Assembly (NCBI GenBank): GCA_032718475.1
Contig: JAUCBJ010000970.1
Coordinates: 1 to 64,000 of the forward strand
Origin: Nemertoderma westbladi
Taxonomy: Eukaryota; Animalia; Xenacoelomorpha
Direction of reading: 5' to 3'
DNA: 64,000 bases
The translations under genes were made by a program, and so were the position numbers. This document shows, in pieces, positions 35,920 to 48,290 of the stretch. The notes under the pieces are model-generated. The model saw only the letters and a list, made by a program, of their open reading frames with translations. It had not been told where the DNA came from and did no database searches. Each line of letters begins with the position of its first letter. The stretch's first letter is position 1.

Positions 35920-38075
35920 GCTATAAATTCACATTTTCAGGTTTTCTGGGGCGCTGATTCTAATGGAATACATTTCTAAGCTGTCAGATCATTGCTACTC
36001 GTATTTTTAGGCGTAATATGGCAAATTTTGGTGCTAGCACTAAATTGCGTACTCATCACCAAAAAGTACAAGTTTGAGATGTCCAGTTCTGTTTTTATTG
36101 ATTCCATCGGATTCAGGACCCTCAAAAACCCGTATAACGCAAGGAACAGGATGATACTATCTATTGATCAATTTGCTTATTTTCAAAAATTTGGTTCTGG
36201 CATAAAAATTTCACCCAACGCCGAAAAATACAAGTTTGAGAACTCTTATGCAATTTTTACATATTCCATTGAATTCAACTAACCCTCACAAACCCGTATA
36301 ACGCAAGTAAAAGGCGACACAATCAATTGATATATTTGATATATTTTGCAGAATTTGCACCCACTTCCGAAAAATACAAGTCTAGTTAGATAATTATTTA
36401 TCCCATTGAATTCAGAACCGCCGTAAACCTCTAAAATGCGAGAAATAAGTTGTAACAATCAATTGAATGGATTTTCAAAATTTCGTGCTAGCACCAAATT
36501 TTGAACATAGCATCGAAAAAGGTATATTTTCAATCGAAACCAGAACCCCAATAAACCCCTATTGCGCAAAAAACAGGTTCAAACAGTCAATTTACAAAAT
36601 TGAAATATTTCAATATTTGGTGCTGGCACCAAAATTTGGCACCCACCGAAAAAAACAAGTTTGAAATTTCTAAATTAATTTATATGAATTCCTTCTAATT
36701 GCAAACACCAAAAACTAAAAATTAAATAGAGATGTTACAAATCATATTTTTTCAAAAAACGTCTCAAAAAAAGTGGCAAAAGTATGGTTAAAAAATGGTG
36801 CGATAACTCGAAAACTTCTCGATATTTTAGAAAACCGTTTTCACTATTACGAAGACAATAGATTTTTAGGAAAAGTCATAAAATTTCAGATTCCAACTGC
36901 GTTTGTTTCAGAGTTATAACAAAAAAACGGGTAATAGAAAAGGTAATAGGGTTAAGGGCACGTGTATGTCAGTATGTCAATACATTGGACTATTAAGCTT
37001 ATGTACCTCTTCTGAGGAATTGGTTTCACAGAATGGCTTGGAATTTTTATGGGAATTAATTTAGCATGTGTCTCAAACGTGTAACCAAAGAAATGTTAAA
37101 AAAGTAAATTTGGTCACCTGAAATTTTTAAATGTCATTCAAAATGTCATTTTTGAAATTTGAACAAAACACATATTTTGGCCCTTTTTTGTGATGTAACT
37201 TATGCAATTTCTAACCTAAGGTCTAAAGTAGTAAAGGTCTATAAAGTAGTAGTAGAAGAACATATACTGAAAATGTCATGCAATTTGGTCCAGTGGTTCC
37301 AGAGAAACAGGTACATGAGTAAAAAATAAAAACGAAAAATAAAATTCTGAGATAAAGCCATTTAAAGTTTTCAAACCTAAATGGTGGGATAATTCAAACT
37401 ATACTCAAAAAATAAGGATTAATACTTCTTAACTAAAATTTTCGATATGGGGGTTTTCCGGGGTGGTGATTGTATTTCCGATGTCAGTTTTAACGTTTGA
37501 TGAATTACAGACTGTCAGTCTGTCTGTTTATCATAACTTCTGTCTGTCACTCAGTCATAAATTCCGGAAACACACCACCGAACTGAAATATAGGTTATGG
37601 GGGTTTTTCTGGTCTGTGATTTCTCTACCGATGTTAATTTTAACGTTTGAAGTATTTCCGACTGTCTTACTGGCAGTCTGTCTGTTTATCAGACAATGTC
37701 CGTCTGTCAGTCAAAATTTATGAAAGGACACGACCTCGCTAACACTTTAGTTAAAGGGGTTTTCCTGGTAGGTGATTCCATTTCTGGTGTCATTATTAAA
37801 ATATAATGTATTTGTGTTGGTCTGTATACCTGTCGGTCTGTCCATCAAAATATAACAGACAGACAGACAGCCGGATAGACCATCTAAGAATCCTTTAAAC
37901 GCTAAAACAGACATCAGAAATGGAATCATAGACCAGGAAAACACCTATAACAACATTTTCAGTGGGGTATTTCATTCATAATTTTTCACTGACAGACAGT
38001 CAGGCCAAAAGACAGATAGAGAGACAGGCCAAAAGATAGACAGATAGACATGCAGGCAGGCAGGCAGACAGAAAG

Positions 38076-38388
38076 GTCGGTAGAGGTGAAGAGGTGTGCT
38101 GTTGGTCCGCCTCTGCGTCATTGGGGTGGGTTCATCTATTCGTGTTGATGGTTGGTGAGGATTCTACTTCTGGCTAGGTCTGGCCTAGAGTAGAAGCAGA
38201 TCCGCGGCAATAATAATATTGCTCCTCAAAAGAGGCCCCACTACATCAGGGACGCGTTTTTCGACAGAGCCCCGTCAGCTGAAACAGCCAGTGCCGCTAG
38301 TCGGTGGGGTTGACTTGTTCACGAGAGGCTATTATAAGGCGCAATGGGATACGCATTGCGTATCTCCTTCTGTCAACCAATACTGGTC
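38076..38388 (-). mobile_element. Second, inverted copy of the 5' ~350 bp of the 21873 element
   Basis: Reverse complement of ~21873-22222, lacking the poly-C tract; flanked by a 9-bp direct repeat gacagaaag (38067-38075, 38389-38397). Confidence 0.75.
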
Positions 38389-39236
38389 GACAGAAAGACA
38401 GACAATCTATAATACATGAAACATTAAAATCGACATTAGAAATGAGATCACTAATCAGGGAAAATCATATAGCGAAAATTATACTATACGTGTGATTGTT
38501 GAATTTTGGGGACTCTTAAACTTTGCCGTGTCATTAATAGCAATTTTTGATATAATAAAATGATGTTAAAATATTTTTTCTAGAACAAACTACTTTTTAT
38601 ATTATATGAATAGATATTGGCCGTGAACAATATGTTGTAGAAAATTTTAAAAAATGTAAAAAAAAACTAGCTATAATAAATTTATACAAAGATAACATAG
38701 AATAAAAATTCAATATAATTAACAAATTAGTTAGTGCTTTTTATTTTTTATTCTAGAACAAAAAATATTTGTTCTAGAACAACATTTACATATTAAGGGA
38801 CTAGATAATATGTTCTAGAACATTTTAAACAAAGTAACAAAAACTACCTAGTATAAAAAATTTATACAAAGATAACATACAATAAAAATTCAATATAATT
38901 AACAAATTAGCTAGTGCTAGTTCTAGAACATTTAAAAAAAGAAACAAAAACTAGCTAGTATAAAAAATTTAAACGTAACAAAATGTAATTGTACGTAGAG
39001 TATATTACAATCTAAATATAATTATATTGAATATATACTATAGGTGGCACGGCAAACTGTAAGATATGTCAGATAAAATCGACTGAAAGGCAGACAGACA
39101 GCTATAACTAGAGAACTAAAATAGATCAAGCTATCACGTTTTCAGTTTTGAAATCGCCATTAAATTTTGATCCAGAATCCGGCAAAAAAATATTGGTTTT
39201 TTAAACTTTTATGACATACACGAGCATATCACATAG

Positions 39237-40551
39237 GGTCGAGTCAGATGGTTTCTAAACTATTAAATATTATTTAGGCTCGAGTCAGATTGTTTCTAAA
39301 CTATTAAATATTATTTAGGCTCGAGTCAGATTGTTTATAAACTATTAAATATTATATAGGCTCGAGTCAAGTGGTTTATAAACTATTAAATATTATATAG
39401 GTTCGAGTCACGTGGTTTATAAACTATTAAATATTATATAGGGTCGAGTCACGTGGTTTATAAACTATTAAATATTATATAGGCTCGAGTCACGTGGTTT
39501 ATAAACTATTAAATATTATATAGGCTCGAGTCACGTGGTTTATAAACTATTAAATATTATATAGGCTCGAGTCACGTGGTTTATAAACTATTAAATATTA
39601 TATAGGCTCGAGTCACGTGGTTTATAAACTATTAAATATTATATATTAAATTGATTTTTTAATATTTTAAAATATTAAATATTATATAATTAAATATTAT
39701 AGGCGGGGTAGCTCAGTTGGCTGAGCGCCGGGCCTGCAATCTATTGGTTGTAGGTTCAGCCCCGCCAGGGTCCAGTCAGCCTTTCATCCACTGGGGTCGA
39801 TAAAATGAGTACCAGTTAAATAACTGGGAGCTAATCTTGGGATAGGAGTAGCGCCCACCCCTACCCTCGTGTAGCAGCTATCGAAAGAGGAGCCTTCGGG
39901 TCGCCTCCGGCTTCGGCCGACTGTTTGCTTGCTTTTGAAATATTATATTGGCTCGAGTCATGTGGTTTATAAACTATTAAATATTAATATATTGCCTCGA
40001 TTCAGGGGGTTTATAAACTATTAAATGTTATATAGGCTCAAGTCAGGGGGTTTATAAACTATAAACTATTAAATATTATATAGGCTCGAGTCACGTGGTT
40101 TATAAACTATTAAATAGTATAGAGGCTCGAGTCAGGGGGTTTATAAACTATTAAATGTTATATAGGCTCGAGTCAAGTGGTTTATAAACTATTAAATGTT
40201 ATTGAGGCTCGAGTCAGGGGGTTTATAAACTATTAAATATTATATAGGCTCGAGTCACGTGGTTTATAAACTATTAAATATTATATAGGCTCGAGTCACG
40301 TGGTTTATAAACTATTAAATGTTATATAGGCTCGAGTCAGGGGGTTTATAAACTATTAAATGTTATATAGGCTCGAGTCAGGGGGTTTATAAACTATTAA
40401 ATATTATATAGGCTCGAGTCACGTGGTTTATAAACTATTAAATATTATATAGGCTCGAGTCACGTGGTTTATAAACTATTAAATATTATATTGGCTCGAG
40501 TCACGTGGTTTATAAACTATTAAATATTATATAGGCTCGAGTCACGTGGTT
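39237..40551. repeat. 41-bp satellite (GGCTCGAGTCACGTGGTTTATAAACTATTAAATATTATATA) whose last copy is the ZZEF1 exon-3 acceptor
   Basis: About 25 copies, interrupted by a SINE. The final unit runs directly into exon 3. Confidence 0.95.
39702..39937 (+). mobile_element. tRNA-derived SINE with Meta-like central domain
   Basis: Head ggcggggtagctcagttgg (A box) and ggttcagccc (B-box-like). Core tcagcctttcatcc..ggggtcgataaaatgagtacc. (GCTT)n-like tail. 10-bp TSD aaatattata. Confidence 0.88.
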
Positions 40552-40733
40552 ACCAAAGCCTATAAGGATATTGACGTCTCTTCCAATTCTAAGACCATGG
40601 CTCATCTAATTGACGGGGACTTTAACTCCTACTGGCAGTCTGATGGCACCATCCACAATCATTGGATACGGTTAAATATGAAGAATGAAGTGGTGGTTAA
40701 GCAGTTAATCATTATGGTTAACAATTCAGATAG
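40535..40733 (+). CDS. ZZEF1: ZZEF1-like gene, coding exon 3 (APC10/DOC domain, N-terminal half)
   Basis: Acceptor tatag|GC completes the phase-1 codon TGC. Translation IDVSSN...SYWQSDGTIHNHWIRLNMK is a DOC signature. Donor AG|GTTGGT (phase 2). Confidence 0.88.
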
Positions 40734-42750
40734 GTTGGTTAATTAATCGTTTCTAATGTAATAATTAATCCAAAAGTGTGTCCCCCACATTTTGGGAATT
40801 TATAAGAAAAATAATAATCAGAAGCTATTATGATATGAATAAAATTTGTTTCAGTTAATCTCATCAGAATATCGATTTCATTAATTAAATCAAGGTAAAG
40901 TAATATAAAATCTTTGTAAAATACATTTAAATCAATCTAAAAAACGTCTTATTATAAGCAAATTACAAAAAAACCAGTCGTTAAGGCATTTCATAAATCT
41001 TCAGAACAAAATAATTATTTATTACATGGGAAAAAAAGTAGAACTTATTTTTCACTATTCTCGAGGCATTTTATTTACCGAGCGTCAGCTAGGTTAATAA
41101 ACTTTTTTTAAGCCTTTTTCGGCTAGGTTGACTCGCCTATGGGTTACCCCCTCTTTTTTAACTGGGCTAGTAAGCCGGTATTCACAACAACAACACTTAA
41201 CAACATTCAATTTGGAGCCATAGTTCAAACAAAAATGAAGCAAAGAAAAAATCATTGAAAACTCATAAAATAGTTAAAATCGATTGATGCCCAGCCCGAA
41301 TAGATTTAATTATTTTTCTCATTCATTTATTTCACTATATTATTATATTCCTACTCACAAATAATTCACACATCAAACTGAAAGATAAATAAATACTATC
41401 TAAGATGGAAGAGCGTAGGTTCCAGTTCAATTTTTGGTCGTAATAACTGTTGTTGTCTGTTGTATGCTGTCGGTTGTCGGCGTAGCGTTTACACCCCGTC
41501 CTCTAACTATGATGCACATTTCCTCCATTACACTGTAGTTATAACTTAAAGGTAAACACAAGAGTCTTACACCCCTTAAACTACAAAAAAAATATTGAAT
41601 CAGGACATTAAACCCAAAATACTTCTCAGCCTCTAGAGCCATCAAAAGACACAAACAAAACAATTAAAAAACACAAACAAAAGTAACATAATAACATGCT
41701 CCACATACAGGTATGTATCGCAACCCTTACCCTAAAACCTAACCGCCATACAATAAATGATACCGGTAATAAACTGCACGAAAGCTAAGCCTATATTCTA
41801 TAAGAAAATATATGACAATTTGTTGCCGTGAAAGGGGTAGGACTCGGGCAAAAATACGTAGTTAATATATGACAACCCCCTGTTAGTCAGTATGTCGGTA
41901 CGTTCAATTATCACATTATACTTTAGTCGATAAAATATATTTGTTGATAAAAATTAGAAAGAACTCTCTTGTTTAAAATACATTTATTATACTTAACATT
42001 CAAATGTGCCGGTTTGGTGAATTGATATCTTAAGTTTCGATTTGTTAACTACCGGTACTACCGGTAAATCTATTTGAATATAAACCAAACATTGATGTAT
42101 AAAAATTCCCTCTTATTAATTGCATAAAATAGTAATAATAAGATTTGAACTAAAATTGTGATTGTTTATTACATTATTACAATGTTGTATTGTACGCAAG
42201 TTCGAAAATTAATACATTTTCAATCTTACTCTTTCTCAATTTAATACCTCCTGGCTCCTGAATTCTTCCAGTTTATACACATTTCTGAATACACATTGAA
42301 AAACACAAGTAGAGTAAACATAAACACTCTCGAAACAAGTAATTCCTACATAGTTGTGTGGAAGTTGTTCGGTGTGTTGGGTCTTGTGGTCAAATACGGT
42401 ATATATAAATAGTTAATAAAATCTCACATCCCTAGTGCCGAGCCAATTTGTCGTTTTTTTTTTTTCATAATTAAACTTACGAGTCGGTATGGATGCGGTA
42501 TGGGGAGTATTGAGTACCTAGTACTGTATGTAGCGACTAGAGATGAAATATCCATTTGAAAAAATATGTTGGGAAATATTCATTTTGTTTCACTTTGAAG
42601 AAATTATACGTACCGGTACAAAAACTGTTTCGGATAGCAAAATCACTAGGACAACATTTAAGTCAATTTAAGGTTTATTTGCTCTTCATTTTGACTGGGT
42701 AACGTGAATAGGGCAAAATATTTATATACCGTTAATGACTTTCCTTTTAG

Positions 42751-42959
42751 ATCTTACATGCCATCGATGGTAAGTGTTTCAGTTGGAAGATCAACATCGA
42801 ATTTATCTGAGATCAAGGAGATTCGCATTCCAAGCAATACTCTGGGGGAGTTTGTACTGCTGAAGAACCTGAAATTCTACTACCCAATAGTTCAGATCAA
42901 CATTAAAAGCTGTAATAATGACGGTTGTGATACTAGAGTCCACGGTGTTAAAGTAGTCG
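42751..42959 (+). CDS. ZZEF1: ZZEF1-like gene, coding exon 4 (APC10/DOC domain, C-terminal half)
   Basis: Acceptor ttccttttag|A (phase 2 fits). Translation SYMPSMVSVSVG..IVQINIKSCNNDGCDTRVHGVKVVG. Donor G|GTTAGT; read-through would hit an in-frame TAG at 42962-42964. Confidence 0.9.
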
Positions 42960-43107
42960 GTTAGTCTGTGTTTCCCAGATACAGAATGGCATTTAATACT
43001 TATTATGCACGTTTTTACTTTGTACTCTTGTAGGTTAGGGTCACCTACCCACTAATTTTGTAGACAATCCACATAGTGACACAAGTAGTTCAAAATAATG
43101 TATCCAT

Positions 43108-43880
43108 TACTACTACTACTACTACTACTACTGCAGCATTTTAGATATTTTTATTAAGAATGCTGTGACGGCTTGACGACAAAATTGCGCCGCAACAACT
43201 CCCTGTCATGACTACCATGACATTTGCTAGATGGTCCGCATCTTCAACTTCAAGACTAGTGTCCTTTCAAAGTCGTCTCAAAAAAGCCATGAGATGTCCG
43301 TGTCCACCATGCGTATTCACTCCATGATGCCACCAGAGTACAACATATCCGATGGTGTATAGAGGCTGATTGGAGATGTGTTCATTGTACTTGATACAAT
43401 GAACTCGGCGCAGCATTCTTGTATAAGTGCCATCCAGGGATTTGGTATCCTCAGCAGCATGGACTCCCATATAACTGGTTCTAATGTTGCCCTAAATAAT
43501 TGAACCTTAAATTCGATGATCAGTACTATTCAATGCTGCCCATGCCTCCCCCTTACGTATCCGACTTCCGGATCCATGATCCCAAGTAGCAGAAGTCATC
43601 CACGTGCTCAAACAAGCCATCCCTAAAGCTTACGCTCCGCTTATACGATCAGACGGTTTCTGAGGGCTGTCAATAAGTTCACTGTCAATACTTGGTTTTT
43701 TTCGAGTTTACAAAAAGACCTACACTAGAAGCAGCCTGCTCCAATGAGCAGAGGAGCCTTAGGGCACCCTCCAGCACAACACTCATAAAGTCATCAACAA
43801 AGTCAAGATCAGTAAGGATCACCTGGATTTCCTATACTTTTTGTTCCAAGAGAGGGTGCTACTATCACCCCATCTTTATT
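43108..43880 (-). mobile_element. Decayed RTE-like LINE 3' fragment
   Basis: Minus-strand remnants TDLDFVDD (~43790-43812) and KSLDGTYTRMLRRV..HISNQPLY; (ACT)n run at 43108-43132 as a possible tail. Confidence 0.7.
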
Positions 43881-44497
43881 AAATTGGTCTTAAGGACATG
43901 CGTAGAACATAATCAACCTCAATTACGAATAGGAATGGTGCAAGTGTGTCACCCTGAAGGATTCCTCCGCAACTCAAATTGGTTGCAAGTACGTAATACG
44001 TGTATTGTTTTGGTTAGAAAACTTCGTCACTGTAACCTGCTCCTTTTCTATAATTTGTAATATTTTTTATATATTTTAAAATGTATGTATACACCAAGGC
44101 CACTAAACACATGAATCGCGATCTTTTTGTGCCATTACCTGAGACAATCAATGGTACAGTTTAATCAATCGGGTTAATAAACGTGGTTGTCATCGTACTT
44201 GTTTCCATGGTAAGGGATAAATTCAAAAAATATGGCTTTTTCTTGCCTGACTTTCCCTCAAATTTTCAGGTTATTTAAGAAAAATGAGGGCGATGATATA
44301 AAATTGTGTTTTTGGGACTCTAAATTTATACAAATCTGTAGGTGATCACATGTAATGTGAAACATATTAAACTTACCTTGACGACTCACCTGTGGTGAGT
44401 AACCTATTCTTATCAATTGCAAATATTGCACTGTCACACTGTCAGTTGTGTAATCTTAGTCCTATTTGTTTGTACCGATGGAAAATTGGATTTTCCA

Positions 44498-44925
44498 AAT
44501 CTGTAAAGGTGACCTGGGATGCTGTGCGGCTTGTCTGTAAAGGTGACCTGGGGTGCTGAGCGGCTTGTCTGTAAAGGTGACCTGGGGTGCTGTGCGGCTT
44601 GTCTGTAAAGGTGACCTGGGGTGCGGCTTGTCTGTAAAGGTGACCTGGGGTGCTGAGCGGCTTGTCTGTAAAGGTGACCTGGGGTGCTGTGCGGCTTGTC
44701 TGTAAAGGTGACCTGGGGTTGGGGTGCTGTGCGGCTTCTCTGTAAAGGTAACCTGTAGTGCGGCTTGTGTGACCTGGGGTGCAGTGTGCGGCTTGTCTGT
44801 AAAGGTGACCTGGGGTGCGGCTTGTCTGTAAAGGTGACCTAGGGTGCTGAGCGGCTTGTCTGTAAAGGTGACCTGGGGTGCTCTGCGGCTTGCCTGTAAA
44901 AGTGACCTGGAGTGCGGCTTGTCCG
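44498..44925. repeat. ~28-33-bp minisatellite (TCTGTAAAGGTGACCTGGGGTGCTGTGCGGCTTG)
   Basis: Directly visible tandem copies with length variants. Confidence 0.92.
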
Positions 44926-46094
44926 TTATTGGTAATTAATAAGGGGATTCAATTTTAAAACAGATCGTTGTTAAAAAATTGTGAATGATTAAAAATTCGA
45001 CTCAACAACCTAATGCAAAATTACAATTTCATGGTTTAAGGGTGTTCATTGTACAAATGTGAGATGAATAGTATATATCCCTTTGGTGTTCATATCCCTT
45101 CCATGGGGTGCACTATTGAGTGAGTTGTGTGGCTGTGTTGCATGGCGCAACTTAGAACCTCTTGCTTAGTGTAACGGGCAGTAACCTGGTCCAGTACGAA
45201 GCCTTGGGAACAACGTAAATAGATCAATAAATTGATTAACAGTGTGGTTGAAGGTATTTGTAGAAAGAGCCGCAACATTCCCCTGAACATTCTGCTTTAA
45301 TGAGGGCTACTTGAAACAAAGAGAGGGGCTGACTGGAGGCACCTTTATAGGGTTCAATCGGTTCCCCATTATAATACAATCAACCCATGTGCCCCGTGTA
45401 TGTCATGGCTATTTATACACCTCCCCGAAAGATTCCACCTTCAGCTCATTATTATTTATATATGTAACCGGAGTAACTTGACCTAGTGTAGTGAGTAGTG
45501 TAAGTAAGTAGCCCTCTACAATATTCAGCCAGTCATCTTGCCCCCCCCCCCCCCCCCCCCCCCATAAATAATGAATTGTTTCATGGTAGTGTTCGGTAGA
45601 AAATTCGTGGATTGTGAGTGGATAATTGTGTTGAATTGATATAAGTGTACTTTACTACATTTACTTTACTGCATTGCTGTAATGTACATTATGGCTATAT
45701 TTTGTAAACATTCTGTCACCATTAGCAGCGGATTGATGTTAAGTTAAACTTCTTCTCTAAGGTACTGTCGTTGTTGTTTTAGAATCACCATTATTTTGTA
45801 AATGCATTATCGTAACTATCGGAATTATTTGCAATCAAGGCTTTCTAGAACTAAAACGACTTCTTTGCAATTTTATGACGATAAGAGGCGTTAATGTAGC
45901 TAACAGTATTTTTTTTTTCAAAAAGTTTCCTCTGAAAAGTTTCTAAACGGTTAAAAAATTTTAGAAAATCTCAATTTTGTTTAGAAAACCTAGACGAAAT
46001 TAGAAGGGCGAATTTTGAAAAGTGATTTTGTATAAAATTATTACAATTTTATTAAATATCGTCCATCATGGCGTCAGGTGGACCTAGGCCATCG

Positions 46095-48119
46095 GTCAGT
46101 GGTTTGGTTGGCAGAAACAGACCAATCGTAGTAGCTAGCTCAGTGGTTCGGTTGGCAGAAAGAGACCAATCGTTGTAGCCAGCTCAGTGGTTCGGTTGGC
46201 AGAAACAGACCAATCGTAGTAGCTAACTCAGTGGTTCGGTTGGCAGAAACAGACCAATCGTAGTAGCTAACTCAGTGGTTCGGTTGGCAGAAACAGACCA
46301 ATCGTAGTAGCTAGCTCAGTGGTTCGGTTGGCAGAAACAGACCAATCGTAGTATCTAGCTCAGTGGTTCGGTTGGCAGAAACAGACCAATCGTAGTAGCT
46401 AGCTCAGTGGTTCGGTTGGCAGAAACAGACCAATCGTTGTAGCTAGCTCAGTGGTTCGGTTGGCAGAAACAGACCAATCGTAGTAGCTAACTCAGTGGTT
46501 CGGTTGGCAGAAACAGACCAATCGTAGTAGCTAACTCAGTGGTTCGGTTGGCAGAAACAGACCAATCGTAGTAGCTAGCTCAGTGGTTTGGTTGGCAGAA
46601 ACAGACCAATCGTAGTAGCTAGCTCAGTGGTTCGGTTGGCAGAAACAGACCAATCGTAGTAGCTAGCTCAGTGGTTTGGTTGGCAGAAACAGACCAATCG
46701 TAGTAGCTAGCTCAGTGGTTCGGTTGGCAGAAACAGACCAATCGTAGTAGCTAACTCAGTGGTTCGGTTGGCAGAAACAGACCAATCGTAGTAGCTAACT
46801 CAGTGGTTCGGTTGGCAGAAACAGACCAATCGTAGTAGCTAACTCAGTGGTTCGGTTGGCAGAAACAGACCAATCGTAGTAGCTAGCTCAGTGGTTCGGT
46901 TGGCAGAAACAGACCAATCGTAGTATCTAGCTCAGTGGTTCGGTTGGCAGAAACAGACCAATCGTAGTAGCTAGCTCAGTGGTTCGGTTGGCAGAAACAG
47001 ACCAATCGTTGTAGCTAGCTCAGTGGTTCGGTTGGCAGAAACAGACCAATCGTAGTAGCTAACTCAGTGGTTCGGTTGGCAGAAACAGACCAATCGTAGT
47101 AGCTAACTCAGTGGTTCGGTTGGCAGAAACAGACCAATCGTAGTAGCTAGCTCAGTGGTTTGGTTGGCAGAAACAGACCAATCGTAGTAGCTAGCTCAGT
47201 GGTTCGGTTGGCAGAAACAGACCAATCGTAGTAGCTAACTCAGTGGTTCGGTTGGCAGAAACAGACCAATCGTAGTAGCTAACTCAGTGGTTCGGTTGGC
47301 AGAAACAGACCAATCGTAGTAGCTAGCTCAGTGGTTTGGTTGGCAGAAACAGACCAATCGTAGTAGCTAGCTCAGTGGTTCGGTTGGCAGAAACAGACCA
47401 ATCGTAGTAGCTAACTCAGTGGTTCGGTTGGCAGAAACAGACCAATCGTAGTAGCTAGCTCAGTGGTTCGGTTGGCAGAAACTGACCAATCGTAGTAGCT
47501 AGCTCAGTGGTTCGGTTGGGAGAAACAGACCAATCGTAGTAGCTAGCTCAGTGGTTCGGTTGGCAGAAACAGACCAATCGTTGTAGCTAGCTCAGTGGTT
47601 CGGTTGGCAGAAACTGACCAATCGTAGTAGCTAGCTCAGTGGTTCGGTTGGGAGAAACAGACCAATCGTAGTAGCTAGCTCAGTGGTTCGGTTGGCAGAA
47701 ACAGACCAATCGTTGTAGCTAGCTCAGTGGTTCGGTTGGCAGAAACAGACCAATCGTTGTAGCTAGCTCAGTGGTTCGGTTGGCAGAAACAGACCAATCG
47801 TAGTAGCTAGCTCAGTGGTTCGGTTGGGAGAAACAGACCAATCGTAGTAGCTAGCTCAGTGGTTCGGTTGGCAGAAACAGACCAATCGTAGTAGCTAGCT
47901 CAGTGGTTCGGTTGGCAGAAACAGACCAATCGTAGTAGCTAGCTCAGTGGTTCGGTTGGCAGAAACAGACCAATCGTTGTAGCTAGCTCAGTGGTTCGGT
48001 TGGCAGAAACAGACCAATCGTAGTAGCTAGCTCAGTGGTTCGGTTGGCAGAAACAGACCAATCGTTGTAGCTAGCTCAGTGGTTCGGTTGGCAGAAACAG
48101 ACCAATCGTTGTAGCTAGC
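46095..48119. repeat. 44-bp satellite (CAGTGGTTCGGTTGGCAGAAACAGACCAATCGTAGTAGCTAGCT), ~46 copies
   Basis: Directly visible and highly homogeneous. Confidence 0.97.
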
Positions 48120-48290
48120 AACCTTTCATATTACAACTATTTTGTCACGCAATTCACTTGAACTAATTAAAAACTATAATCTAATGGGGTATGGGCAAGG
48201 CGTCCCTGGTTATGGGGATTCCAGCTGGCTCTATTTAATTAAGAAGGCGCTATTTAATATAGCGCCTATTCTAAAGTTAATGAGTTCTAA

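Larger units (their letters stand above)
34765..39236. mobile_element. Block of nested non-autonomous DNA-transposon remnants separating the 40-bp and 41-bp arrays
   Basis: Internal imperfect repeats; a ...gggttaa end at ~36955; inverted ends gcacgtgtatgtca (~36958) / tgacatacacgagc (~39212); contains the 35109 MITE and the 38076 insertion. Confidence 0.5.

Noticed and set aside
39702-39775. tRNA gene
   Set aside because: Degenerate cloverleaf followed by a SINE core, tail and TSD; it is a SINE head.
44270-44305. Candidate ZZEF1 exon 5 after ttttcag
   Set aside because: In the required phase it reads GYLRKMRAMI then stop, with no resemblance to the expected continuation.
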